DNA of 64,000 nucleotides from Catajapyx aquilonaris (lineage: Eukaryota). Under the pieces are notes generated by a model. The model did no database searches. It was given only the letters and a program-made list of their open reading frames with translations, and was not told where the DNA came from. Positions within the stretch are counted from its first letter, which is position 1, and each line of letters opens with the position of its first letter. This document shows, piece after piece, positions 1 through 12,366 of this stretch. Position numbers and translations under genes: made by a program. The DNA is taken from contig KZ538267.1 of NCBI GenBank assembly GCA_000934665.2, forward strand, positions 1 through 64,000, read 5' to 3'.

Positions 1-3000
1 CCCTCCTCCGACATGGTTGCCACTTTCCCGGCCACCACGTGGCGGAGTTGCCACGTGGTGTCACAGTGTCCTAATAAAAAAATTGATATTTGCTAATTCC
101 AGCAACCATCATATAGATAACCAACAATTTTGAACAATATTTGCTTCCAGTGAGTCATGTATGGGCGAACAACTGATAAGTTATGTTCTCTTTAATTCCG
201 CGGATTAGAAGTTAGTACATACACGACTTATCAGATAATTATGTCTGCCATATCTAACCATGCTATTAGCCCGAGGTCATGTCATTAATGGAGCTCATAC
301 GGCACTTCAAACCCAATTTTTTTTGGCACAAATGATTGCTTTGTGATGTGTTCATTCGGAACCAAATTGTACTGTAACTCGTAAGTTTAGACGTGGGCAG
401 TGCATAACCTTGTGTATTTTTGGGGCCTCGTGCTTTCTACAGACACCCAATACTTCTAGCCGTCCTCTTCTACCCCCCACAACCTCTCCCTTCCCCACCC
501 AAAGTTGAAAAACACTCGTACCAAACTTGGGTGCGTGCTTAACCCCGTGCTTCAACTCGACAACTTGAGCTCGAGGTTCAATGAAGTGCGGTTACAAACA
601 GTGGCCTTACTGCCAGTGGGGAAAGAAGAAGAAAGAAAGAAAAAATACCCAGAGAAAATGCTGATTCCAAGTGGATCGGTTCAAGTCACATGACCAGAAT
701 AGGGGAGGGTAGGACAAAAATGAGGGAAGCTAGATAGAAGAGAAGAAGGGGGAAAAAAAGAAGCTACCAATACAACCAGGTTTTCTGAAGGAACAGAAGT
801 CTCCCCCGTTTGTACTCCCTTCCCCAGCCAGTGTAAACAAAAGCCTCCCCAAAATCCTCAGCTCTCTTTGAGGTTATTGAAGTAGAAAGCCAAACAGCAT
901 TGCCAACTTTGTGCAAACTGGAAACGCTCTGACGGGTCAGCAATATAGACTACATTAATTGCTTATACTGCCTGGGGGAGAGGGGGAGAGGGGGGGCAGA
1001 CGAGCACTACCGATTTGCCAGGACAAGTCCGGATTTTCCGGGTTCCCAGTTCGCGGTTCATGACCTCTTCGGAAACTTGAGTGTTTATGTTTTGAGCAAT
1101 TTCAGGGGGGGAAATGGGGGCTTCAGCGTTTTGACTCGTCTTACTCTGTGCAGGGTTTGCATTAGAGGAGGAGCTCGATCCGTTTCCAAGAGAACTGTTG
1201 GGGTGTGAGAGGAATGGGAGTCAAAGACCTGGAAGGAAGAGTGTTGCTATACAGTGCAATGAGATTTTCGCTATACATGACCGACAGAGAGTGTGACGAA
1301 AATGTGTTCAAGAAATTACAGCAAATTGGATCGCTGGATTTGCATTCATCTTGAGTCGCATTTTGCATAACGAGAATAGGCTTTTCAGTATTGCCGACCT
1401 TTCGTGACCTTTGTACAACGCAATTTAATTAGATGGCTGTACTGTACAGTAGTTTGCGATGCATATTCTCTGCGACATTGTGTCATTACTGAGAGCAAAT
1501 CTGTTGAATATTTTAGATCTCAATAATTTTGGGACATAATTCGAGTGAAGATTTGACGCAAAATTCACACATCGTTTTTTAAAGCCTAAAATTAACTCCA
1601 CAATGCATATACGCACACTGTGGAGGTTCCAGTGGTTTTATGCAAATTTTGTCGCAAATGACAGCTTTTTATTTGGCTCGAAATGGCCTGGACTCACCGG
1701 GGGGAGGCCTGCGGTACATAATTATTTTGAAACCATATTACGCTTCATTAAAAGTTGCTATTTTTGAAGCTGCTCGACACACTGCAATGCGTGTCATATT
1801 AGTCTCTCTTGAGTGACTTGATAATTATGAGACATGCTCTGCCGGCCAAGAAGACGGCGCTGTTAATTTGGCACATGTTGCGTCAGCAACAGACAGACTT
1901 GACACTGCGATGTCAGCGACATGCAAATTTAATACAACACACTTGGCGGACTCGGCAGTAGTTTCATGCTACGATTTGTGCAAAATTATTGCAGGATTGT
2001 AAATTGTGATGTACCTGAAACACGCAAAAAGATTGTCGCACTGTCCTTGTGTGGTGTCCGTGATTTTTTGTTTAGCTTTCTGCCGCAAGGGTCGTTACCT
2101 GACCACCCCAAACACAGTCACCCGGCAACGCCCCTTACGGAAGGAGGGTAAACAAAAAGTCGTGAACACCACACGGATACAGTGCGACAATCTTTTTGCG
2201 TGTTATAGTACAAGTACTTGGATGGGTGACATCTCTTTTTCCCGCACAACGATCCAGATTCCACTCAGACTGGATTCGGATCCTCCATTTCTATGCGAGC
2301 AATGGCACCCCCGAGTGTAACATGATCCGTCCCATATGGAAGGAATGCCGACTCCATTAGAAGCAGTTAGAGAATCCTCCTCGACAATAACCTCTTTCTT
2401 CTCTGATGGGTTTCCCCCTCCTCCCCCTCTTCCATCCGACTACTCCCCATACATACCCTCCCGGCATCAATTAGTGCCAATGTTCCAATTGCAAAAGAGG
2501 ACCTAGGGAAGGCCCTCCAGGGTTGGAAGAGAGACTAGAGGAGGTGTGGGATCAAGCAACCGAGAAGGATAATAAGGTCGTAAAACTTTCCCACGGGCTA
2601 GAAACTAGAGACTTTGCGCGAAACGTGTCTCGCAGCTAGGTTATGGGAACCCCAGTCGCAAGATTCAGGAAACGGATTAGAAATCTTTCCCCGGCCATTG
2701 ATTTGTAATTCCCTTCCGGGGATGGGATGGGAGACAGAATCACATCTCACCACCCCCACCCTCCGCAGAGAAATTCCTCTTTAGCTGAAGGGATGCTTAA
2801 TCCTTGAAAGCGAAGCGATGTTTCCTTTTGCAAATATGGAGTTTATCGGGTTGGGTTATATACCTTTGGGCGCACCCAAAGCCCCCCCAGTCGCCGTTCT
2901 CTGATTGCACTTGATGAAGGAAGAGAGTGAGAGAGTGAGAGAGAGAAGGAAAAAAAGGTCTGTGGCGAAAAGGGGATTTTGTTTTCTCGGGGATCAAAGG

Positions 3001-3545
3001 CAAGCAAGAGGGGGGCTTCTTTTAGGTACCTATAAGCGCAAGACAGTCGGATGCTTTTCTTCAAGGAGCTATTTAGCGGAATCATAAAGCGGATTGGACC
3101 CAAGACCGCCTTGCTTGCCTGCTTGTGTAATGTATAAACCGGGGAAGGGAAAACCACAGGTGTGTGCAATGGGATTAGCGGTAACTGGAACTAGTCGGGA
3201 GAAAAAAAAACCCTGCCTATAGAGAGAGAAAAGGAGGCTTTTCTGTTAAATGTGATCGAAGATTCAATATTTCCTATAAGTATGGTGGATTCATTTCTTT
3301 TTAATATTATCTTAACTGCTCGAAAAGTAATTTAATGGTCGAACAACAAACAGGAAGTGAGCCATTGGTAAATCATGTATACGACGACGACGACGACGTT
3401 AAATTGCTATTTGGCAACCAAAATAATCAGATAGGAAGTCAGACTCTCTACTAATGTATATTCCACACAGATTATCCTGACCTTGGTTGCTGGCGGTTGT
3501 TTACAGTAAACGATAACATGAAGTTTATGAGAGGAATGATAAGAA

Positions 3546-3551
3546 TTTATT
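3546..3551 (-). terminator. Polyadenylation signal AATAAA of paralog A
   Basis: tttatt on the + strand about 40 nt downstream of the stop codon. Confidence 0.7.
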
Positions 3552-3589
3552 ATCATGTTTACAGAATGCATTTAATGATAGGGTATTAA

Positions 3590-4818
3590 TTAATATCTGA
3601 CATCTGCCTCAATGACGACAGCTCCCTGTTGCTCAGCGTGCACTAAAATAACCACCATGCTGCCAGTAATGGTGTAGATTGGCGTTTCCACCACACCACA
3701 GAGTCTGAAATGACAAAAAAGTTAATAAAACTCACTTTGCAAATTACATACAGCAGGGACAAAAACACGTACGATGTAGCTGGGGATAAATGTCCTCGAT
3801 TGGCATCGTAAATTGATATGATTGCTGGTTGGTCCCTGTCGCATTCCAGGTAGGCCTCTACGATGCGAATCCTGATTTCGCTGTTAGTTGGCGCTTGAAG
3901 GGCCCACATGCAATCGGAAATGCCATCGTACTCCTCAAACGCATGTGAGAACCTCACCTGGAATATTTGGCGGTTAAATTAATAAAAATAGACAACTAAT
4001 ACGTGGCAGTCGAAATAAGTAATACAGGTAGTTCACAAGCAACTTACGCGGTCTCCTATATTCAAAAAGTTCATCTCTCCACAATGACGAGTTACTGGTG
4101 CACTAGTGGTCGTCCAGGGGTCTTCAGTGGTCCAGGGCCTCCTCGTGGTCGTCCAGGGGTCTTCAGTGGTCCAGGGCCTCCTCGTGGTCGTCCAGGGGTC
4201 TTCAGTGGTCCAGGGTCTCCTCGTGGTTGTCCAGGGGTCTTCAGTGGTCCAGGGCCTCCTTGTAGTGTACCATGGATCTTCTGTGGTCCAGGGCCTCCTT
4301 GTAGTGTACCATGGATCTTCAGTGGTCCAGGGCCTCCTTGTAGTGTCCCATGGATCTTCAGTGGTCCAGGGCCTCCTTGTAGTGTACCATGGATCTTCAG
4401 TAGTTCTACTCATCTTTGTGGTGTACCAGGGATCATCAGTAGTCAGCCACTTCCTCGTGGTAAACCAGGGATTCCTGCTTGTGTACCACTCAGAACTGTC
4501 TCGCTTGTGTGGATCGACACTTCGTTTCTTCTCTACAGTATCATTGGGAAGGTTTGAATCAGTGTCACTGTAGTCTTCAGGTTCATCCTTATTTCTTTTA
4601 TCATCATCCGAGAAACTCTCAGTCATAAAATCCGTTGGCCTCCCTGCAATAATATTAGCAACACTTAAGATTATGCGCAATGATCAGAAAAAGACTGCTT
4701 ACTTACCATTCTTATTTTTCACATCATCAACAGGAAAATGGTTTCCTTCAACTGGTGTTGCAGCAGACCAAGCCGCCGAGAAAAAGAGGCTGAATATCAA
4801 TGCAGTTGTAGCTCGCAT
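3590..4818 (-). CDS. Secreted Trp/Thr/Pro-repeat (mucin-like) protein with C-terminal CUB-like domain, 335 aa (paralog A); exons 4818-4707, 4643-4048, 3957-3773, 3704-3590
   Basis: ATG at 4818 gives a signal peptide (MRATTALIFSLFFSAAWSA). Three GT-AG introns (phases 1, 0, 2) join into an uninterrupted 1008-nt frame ending at TAA 3592-3590. The C-terminus CGEMNFLNIGDRVRFSHAFEEYDGISDCMWALQAPTNSEIRIRIVEAYLECDRDQPAIISIYDANRGHLSPATSLCGVVETPIYTITGSMVVILVHAEQQGAVVIEADVRY has the four-Cys CUB pattern (CG, CxWxLxAP, LEC, IYD, LCG). A TATA box and AATAAA flank the gene, and the paralog at 52859-54042 has the same intron positions. Confidence 0.9.
4104..4490 (-). repeat. Coding minisatellite, 39-bp unit (W[Y/T]TTRRPWTTEDP); about 7 near-perfect plus 2 degenerate copies
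   Basis: Repeated gtccaggggtcttcagtggtccagggcctcctcgtggtc and variants, in exon 2 of paralog A. Confidence 0.95.
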
Positions 4819-4856
4819 CTTCACCTTTGTGTGAAAGGCTGCCACGTGAGTTGTCC

Positions 4857-4863
4857 TTTTATA
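4857..4863 (-). promoter_or_regulatory. TATA box (TATAAAA) of paralog A
   Basis: ttttata about 40 nt upstream of the ATG; an equivalent element is present in paralog B. Confidence 0.75.
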
Positions 4864-5039
4864 GTGACAAACTCTGTATCTTTTATCTGTTTCCTGACTA
4901 TCATTTTATCCGCATCCTTATATCACATTAGTTGCGTTATATTATATCTAATATACACAGGAAGCCTATCAGTTCACCTTGATATCAACACGTCAGTACT
5001 GACTGTGAGTCATATAAGTTACTATGTAACTAAAGTTTT

Positions 5040-5060
5040 CGGTAACTCCATTGGCGTCCA
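5040..5060. promoter_or_regulatory. Upstream motif conserved between the two CUB paralogs
   Basis: cggtaactccattggcgtcca here versus cggtaactcattgacgtcca at 54306-54325, at similar distance (about 180-200 nt) from each TATA box. Confidence 0.6.
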
Positions 5061-7060
5061 GAAGTTACACAGATTGAATACTAATAATATACAACATTTT
5101 CCTTATGTAGAGCTGAGTTATGTCAATAAATGTGCCACTTTTCACATATGATGGCCAGAACAAGCATCAAGTCACTGAACAGTTTTTATAGGTCCTCCAT
5201 AGTCCCAGATATAACTGTTTCGTACATACTATTATTACGAAATAACCAATGCATGGAATATAATGTTAAAAATTGTTACCATTCATGTCTCCTTCTGTCA
5301 TTTCCCGGCAGTGTTGGTTTCATCCGACACCTGCTGTTTTATTCCGCCGAATCTTGGCAAAGACCGCTGCACCACAGGTCGTACATAATAGATGTAGGCC
5401 AACCCCCCCAATTCAGGATCAGATAACGCAACTTTTTCAGTATTGAGACCCAAGCGTAAACACGCCTCTGTGTCCGGTAACGAGTGTCACTCAATAGGCG
5501 GACACATGTGGAGACCCACCGATTATGTTCGTCCTTTTTTTACCCTCTCCTTTTGAAGAATATGGATATATAGTCACGCTCCTGTGAACACCGAGAAACC
5601 CTGGTGTCATCTGGCTCGGACAGGTGTACAAAGGTCTACTCCCATTGTCAGCAACCTGCTGAGCTTGACATTAATCAAAACATGTTTCCTCCACCTGTCA
5701 TAAACGCACCTTGAAGAAAAAGTACGATTCAGCTCGTTGTCACCTACACATCTGCATTTACCTAATGGTCTTCCCCTGCAAAATAGTAAACTGACCAAAC
5801 ACACTGCAGCTCCGAATGATCCCCCCCCCCACCCGCACCTATTGTTCAACCTCATTGGATTCTATTATGAAACACATAAACCGAGCGACCATGCAGAATG
5901 TGTCTACGGAGAATAATTTGGGGCAGCGTCGGGTTTTGGGGACCGCACAAACAGCGGAGGTCCGCCCATCCATTGGATGTGTTGATAATTCCTATCGCCA
6001 ATTCACGCTGATGGATCACGCACAAGAAGGCCCATGTCCATTCCCACCGGGGGAAACCCCCTCCATTAATTGACTGTTTGGAAAACAGCAATGGACCACC
6101 CGAAACACAGCTGCTGAACCGGACGTGCCGCAGTTTCATTTCCACCAACTGGTGTGCCACACAGAAAAAATTTAAAATGACAAAAATTACTGCTACTCAA
6201 ATTTGCACCCCGCCAACAAATTTACTGCTACTTGGAAGCAGCAGTGTGTCTGGACCAGATAAAATTATTCCCTTCCGTGCGGCTGCCTTGCTCCCCCGGA
6301 GGAATCCTTTGTGACGATATGACGATTGTAATTAAACAATTACGCTCAGGAGCCCGAGAAAATGGAGAAGGAAACTCGAAACAATGTCAGCGAGGGTTAT
6401 CTCCCGCCCCTCGAAACTTTTAATCCCAGAGAGAAAACGAATGAGGTGCAGTGGGGGGACCTTTAACCCCCCTCCCCCCAAAAAAAAGAAGGACATAAAA
6501 AAAGGAAACCCGGATTTCAATTGGGCGGAAACGAAAGTTTTAATCTTATACGACCCAGTCGGAATTTGGTTCGAGCTAACTCGATCAGATCGGCGCAAAA
6601 CCGTTTTCAATTGTAATGAAACCAAGGTATCAAATATTGCGAGAGACTCATTACGCCGAATCGGATTGAGTGCTACGAGAATAACGTCATGTGTTAGTAA
6701 AGCACATTAAAAATGGACGAATATTTGTTTCAAAATAATTTTTTGGGTAAAAAAAAAAATATATATATATATATATATATTGAACTGCTGTTGTATGTGA
6801 AAGCAGCTCATGTGAACCTGATCCCAATTCGTGGCAACTAATGAGGGCTAATAATTATCCTGTACATGACCATAAAGTCGCACTGCAGCCCTTTCATGTA
6901 CCGGTACAGTATCGCTGAGTGCGTGTAGCCTGAATTATCGGCATCAGGAACAAGTTTCTTGCCCTTTAGTCCATAATTATTACGTACTGTTAAAGCAATC
7001 AGATTTGCCTCCTAACTACAGTCTTAATAATATTATACCTGTAGTCATATCGACAAACTT

Positions 7061-7360
7061 TGTTAGTCTCATCAAAAAAAAAGTCGTACAGAACGGATCT
7101 GTCCCTCCGTCCGTCTGTCCATCGACAGGGCCTAAATCGCAAGAGATAATGACAAACGGCTTTCGGATTCGGATTCAGCGGATCCTGAACAGGCTTCATA
7201 ACCAACTTCCGGTTTTCTGGTCCACTCTATCCACCAAGGTGAAGTCTACATTACTTGACAACGAGAAACGAGACTGACAACATTCTATGTCATTGCTGTC
7301 AAATTAGAATTTCCTTGGCAATGAGAAAAAAGTATACTCGAATCATTTGCCAATCTGGTT
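7061..7360 (+). mobile_element. DINE-1/HINE-like non-autonomous Helentron, degenerate copy with 3' hairpin deleted
   Basis: Aligns by eye with 63041-63417: ctcatc-aaaaaaagtcgtacagaac, GTCC microsatellite, ttcggattcggattcag, gagactgacaa, gagaaaaaagtatactcgaatca..tttgccaatc. Confidence 0.75.
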
Positions 7361-8285
7361 TTAATGTAAAATTGTGTGTTATTAATTCTTATGCATAATA
7401 GTAGGTTTTCTCGGTATAAACGTGGGTCTCACTGCCAAAATTACAATGCTTAATTAATATGACAGCTTAACCCGAATGCCCAGAGCGCAAATCAGCATAC
7501 AGCGAGCGGAGTTAGGAATCGCCTTTCTGACGTCACCAAGATGTCAGGGTCGTCCTCAAGCGGCCTCTTCATCAAGCTTAAGCAGCGTTGCCGCATTGAA
7601 ATCTTCTTCTCCTTGTCCCCCCATTTCTCTCCCCCCCAGCCATAAGTGATTCCTATCTCTGTAATCATTTCCCCAAGCGCACCACCTCTCTCCGTAGAGG
7701 GGATTACACCTTGATCCCTGGCAGCCTAATAAATGAGGCGTTCCCGCGAGCAATAACCATATGCAACCATCTCACCTTCCGCCATTTGGTAGGTGGCTAC
7801 CTTTTGTCTCTCCCTCGACGCCCCGGGTCAATGGACCTCCATCAATTATGACAAGCGCTAGAACCCGAGTGTGCGACAGCTCCACGGGAAAGATTTAATG
7901 ACTTTCCTCCCGAGACTCCTAACTTGATGGCGCCCTCCCCTTCCGAACAAACGAACAGTTCCTAACTTTCAACCTCCCCCACTTCTAACTTTGCTCACCC
8001 TACCCCCACCCCTCCTTACTCTCTTCCTACCCAATGTGACCGATTTGCTGACGTGTGATGAGGCGGGACCAACTTATTGGCCTCAGTTCTGAAGTGGTAC
8101 GAAAGGTGTCTTCGTTAGAGAAGAGAAAAAAAAATTTGGGGGAAAAAATTGGGGGAAAAAAAAATCTTTTGCCCCTGCCTGTTGGGCAACCTGTGTCGCA
8201 AAAGAGGCACCTTGGTTGCGGACACTCCAGGATAACCCGTCACTTGTAATTAATAAATACACAAATAAATAAATAAATAAATAAA

Positions 8286-8578
8286 TCTATATAAATAAAG
8301 CCGTTTGTGAGTCTGTCTGCTTGCCAGCCTTCATTTGCCTGCCATCTGTGCTCCACCCCCAGGTCGGGAGAGGATGGAGATGCTGGGGGTTGACTACAGA
8401 TGGCAGGCAAATGACGGTTGCCGTTATACAGGCGGGAGAGGTGGAAGGTGTTGGAGTAGCAGGACCACAGATGGCATTGGAGGGCGGACACACAGAAAGA
8501 CAGAAAGGTGACGGGGGTACTGGCAGGTGTTTTCCCTTCATTCATTTCTTCCCGGGCAACGCCGGGTTCCGCAGCTAG
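8286..8578 (+). mobile_element. Non-autonomous Helitron (about 293 bp)
   Basis: 5' end A|TCTATATAAATAAAG; subterminal hairpin cccgggcaacgccggg (8551-8566); 3' end CTAG|T; no TSD; inserted in an (AAAT)n tract that continues on both sides. Confidence 0.85.
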
Positions 8579-11500
8579 TAAATAAATTAATAAATAAATA
8601 AGTTGCCCCATCACCTAGGTATAGTAGTTACCATAGTTTTCACTTTCTCCGTTCAATAATTAGAGGACAGAGGATAGCGGCCTGGTGGACTTTGTCCGCG
8701 CGGTAACTCATCACCAACGTGCATGTAGTACTCCTTCCTCTCCTTCTTCTTGAGAGTGGCAGGAGTGTGCAGAGGGAGAGAGAGCCTATGCGCCAATTGG
8801 TAGTTGCCTATCTTCGTGCAAGTTGGGGAGCCAATCAGTATTGCAAAAATTTGGCAAATAGTCCGCTACTAGTAAATAAATTTAAAAACAAATAAATACA
8901 GCGGATAATATAAATGTTCTAAAAAATATGAGCCGCAGAGTTTGGTAGGCGATTAATATCCGGCGTTTGTAATGTCATTATGGGTTCAGAATAAGGAAGG
9001 AAGAAGACCCTGGGTATTTCTCTCCACCCCACACCCCCTCCCTGCCACACCTTCCATGGCCCAACCCCGCCCCCGAAATCTTGTTAACCGGTAATTCAAG
9101 CCGGCGAGACACTTGGACGCATTCAGGCGATTTTCTGAAAGCAAGCGAGAGGGGAGTTTACTTGCCCGGCTGCACATGAATCTCTCCTGGAAAGTTGAAA
9201 ATGCAGGGGCGTTACATTGGGCCAGATATAATGGGAAGCGATCGTTAATAACACCCCCTCCCCTTTTCCTACCACCCCCTTCCCCACAAGCCCTTGCATG
9301 GCACAGAAGCTCGTTCGTCATGCATTCATTATTTTGACGCCCGTCGGTGTGAAACGTTGAGCTCGATGCTCAAACCGGGGATTTTCCACTGCTGGATATG
9401 TAGACACATTTTTTTCCCCAGGAACGCTTGGCATGTAGTGTTTTAGGGGAGGCACTATTATTTTAACAAAAATAAAACATACAAACTGATCGTTTTCCCC
9501 ATCAGAATTCCTGCACGTTCATGTATACGTTTGGCTGGTGTAAAATTACTTAGAATTGCCTAACATTGTGCCAGTTCTTTCACACACAATTTCCTTCTTT
9601 CAGCACAACCAACCAGTCCAAACCCATAACATTTTTTTCCCCCCCCCAGGGTACTAGACGGTTTTCCTAACTGTTTTTTGAATTCCACGTTACCTTTCCC
9701 CCAGCACAATATCCGTCGCCTTTTTATGCGATGCACATGGCGGGCATTTTTTTTTTTTTTCGAGACCTGCAAACGATCCCTTTTTACTCCCCAGTTTAGC
9801 CGAGCACGTGGGAGGAAAACATTGTTACGTGCTACGTCATAAGTTCCGCGGAACGAGGGTATTTGAGCCCGATATTTTCGTCGGGCAGCAGGTGTGACAA
9901 GCCGTGAAATTGCTATTTACAAACTATATCCGGGTGTGAGTGCGCTCCCCGGAGTCTCGCTAGGGCTGGAGAATGGGGGTCAATTCGCAAACCGATGGGC
10001 TCGTGCAAAACCAGTCCCCCGGAAGTTTTTTTTCGGCCTCAACATTTTTTTCCCCTAGCAATTCCAAGAGGTTCGGTACACACAAAAAAAATGCTGTCAA
10101 CTCTGAATATTTTGTCGGCTCATTTATTATCAGTCCGGCGCTTCCTGGAAAATCACGTTGCGGCCAGACATTTTCGCATGACACAGGTTACACCGAGGAC
10201 GACATCGGTCGCAAATAAATTGCAAATTGGGACACCCGTTTTGGCACGGGCCGGTTCAGGCAATCCCCGGCGTCAAGCCTGATAATGACAGTCTGGCACA
10301 AAAAAAAGAGGAAAGGCAGCCCCAGCCGATTTATTAATCAGCCAGCTCAATGTGACGATTCAGGGGGCTATCGTCCCTCTTTGTCGTTTGTTTGCGGTGT
10401 CGAGGAAGGGCTCTGTCGCTGTGAGAAATGGCCCGATTTCGTGACTCGACGCACTTCTGCCCGATTGTCGCCGTCAACTGCTGGCTTTGGCTTTGGATGA
10501 AAAGGGGTGGTGGCCCTACCGCAACTGGAAAAATATATCGAAAGGACAGCCACTGACACGGATTCCGGGTGTAATACCACCTTAGATCAATCACTCGGGT
10601 GTAATTACTTCAACTAATGCGTAATGTCAACCCGAATTTAGTGTAATTAATATGAACATTTTGCTGCAGTTAATACGTAGAAGATGGGGAAATGCAAATC
10701 ACACGAGCCACAAAAACGTTCGTTAACCTGCACCGCATTGTTGGCGGATTTTTTTAAAAAACGAGTTAATCACACTGCAGAAATGCTTTCATGACCTTGG
10801 CCGCAAACACGTTGCGGCAAAGAAAAACTTTTAAGCGCAGACACTAATTCAGAAATCGGTCGGGTGCAACCGCCAAAAAGATTTCCTCTCATAGCAGATG
10901 GAAAAGTAAGGACGTGATCTCTGATCCATTTGACCTCTCAGCTCAACATGACCCCCTTTTCTCACAAAAGCAGAACAGCATTTCAAGCACTCACTCTCTC
11001 TCCCCCCCCCCCCTTCCTTTTCCTTCGAAAAACCAGAGAACCGAAAGAGGAAGGAGAGAGAGAGAGAAAAAAAAAGTCTGGAAAAACTTATTCATTAAGA
11101 AAACTTGGCACAAAGAAAGGCAATGCGCCGATTTCATCGACTTGATTCGGGCAACCGCCACAAGAGAAGAACGAGGAAGGAAGACGAAGAAAAANCCCCC
11201 CCCCCAAAAAAAAAAAAAACTGATGGAAAAAAATGGGCTCGTCTTGGGTTCAGGAATTAGGATGCTTTACAATGCAAATGACAGCCTATTTGCAGTCCAA
11301 CGAATTGCTGCACGTTGATCTTCGAATTGATTTCTCATCAACAACAGGGGTCATAAGCAAATTCCAACGCCTTCTGGTTTTACAATTTTGTTGTACAGTC
11401 TATACAATATTATGACTCTTGATTCTTAATCATACCAGGCTGCGCTACAGTCAGGATTGGGATTAAGGATAAGAATTCTTATGGCACAATAATATTAATT

Positions 11501-12366
11501 ATAGGTAGCAATAGTGTATCGGTATAGGACTATAGTTCTGGTGGCCGTCAGAAGTTGCGTGCAAGGTTTGGCAACAGGTGCTCCAAGTACCCCCAGCAAT
11601 CGTATAAAGCCTGGGATTGAATTAGTTCAGCCGCCCCACATACAACAAGGAAAAACCGGTTTTTGACGTGAGATTCAGGGCGCGCTCTCTCACAACTCGA
11701 AATCAAAGCCATCAGGCGAGGATTTGAAGAGAGAATAGGCGGTGGTATATGCAGAGTGTGCCAGGGCAGTGGGGGAATAATTGTAGGAGAGGCGGCTTTT
11801 GGCCCCCTTTGATCTTGCCTCTGGAATTGTAGAGGGGGGGGGGAGAGAGAGAGCAGGCAAACACCCAGGCAGATCATAGGAGTCGGTTTAAGGCAAATTT
11901 GTAGTCTGGAGGCAGAATCCTATTGCACATACACTATTTGGTGCTTTTGTTTTTGATGGACATGGAGGGGTAATTAGTCGCTCCTTCGCTAATTGGCTCT
12001 GTTCAATTAGCCGGCCAAGAAATTGACGAGTTGTGTAATGAGTTTGCGAGTGGGCTTGCCAGGTAGCTTCGGGCCTCGTTTCACACTCATATTTTTGAAA
12101 CCGGGAGGTTGGGGTGGGGGAGGATGGGGTGCACCCGGGGACTAATGAAAGACGCGGCGAAAGCTTAATTTGTGTGCGCTACAAGCTCGTCGCAGCTTAT
12201 GAGACGCGCTTTGGAAGCGGGAGGGGACAAAATTGGGGAAAAACGGCCCCAGGAGGAAGACTCATCGGCTGCCAAAAAAAAAGCTGGAGCGGAAAAGGCT
12301 GTATGTCAAACGTCGATAAGTCTCTAAGTTGGGCCATCTTAAGGTCGTTCACACTAACAAAGCACT

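Noticed and set aside
4104..4490. Regular 39-bp and 33-bp repeats as a CRISPR-like array
   Set aside because: Head-to-tail units without unique spacers, lengths are multiples of 3 inside spliced exons, eukaryotic context, no cas genes
4003..4573. Plus-strand ORFs with collagen-like GPGPP and VVQG repeats
   Set aside because: Antisense shadows of the stop-free 39-bp coding repeat; the minus-strand frame has the signal peptide, splice sites and a paralog
8820..8875. Second CTAG|T followed by AAAT as another Helitron 3' end
   Set aside because: No subterminal hairpin or matching 5' TC end found
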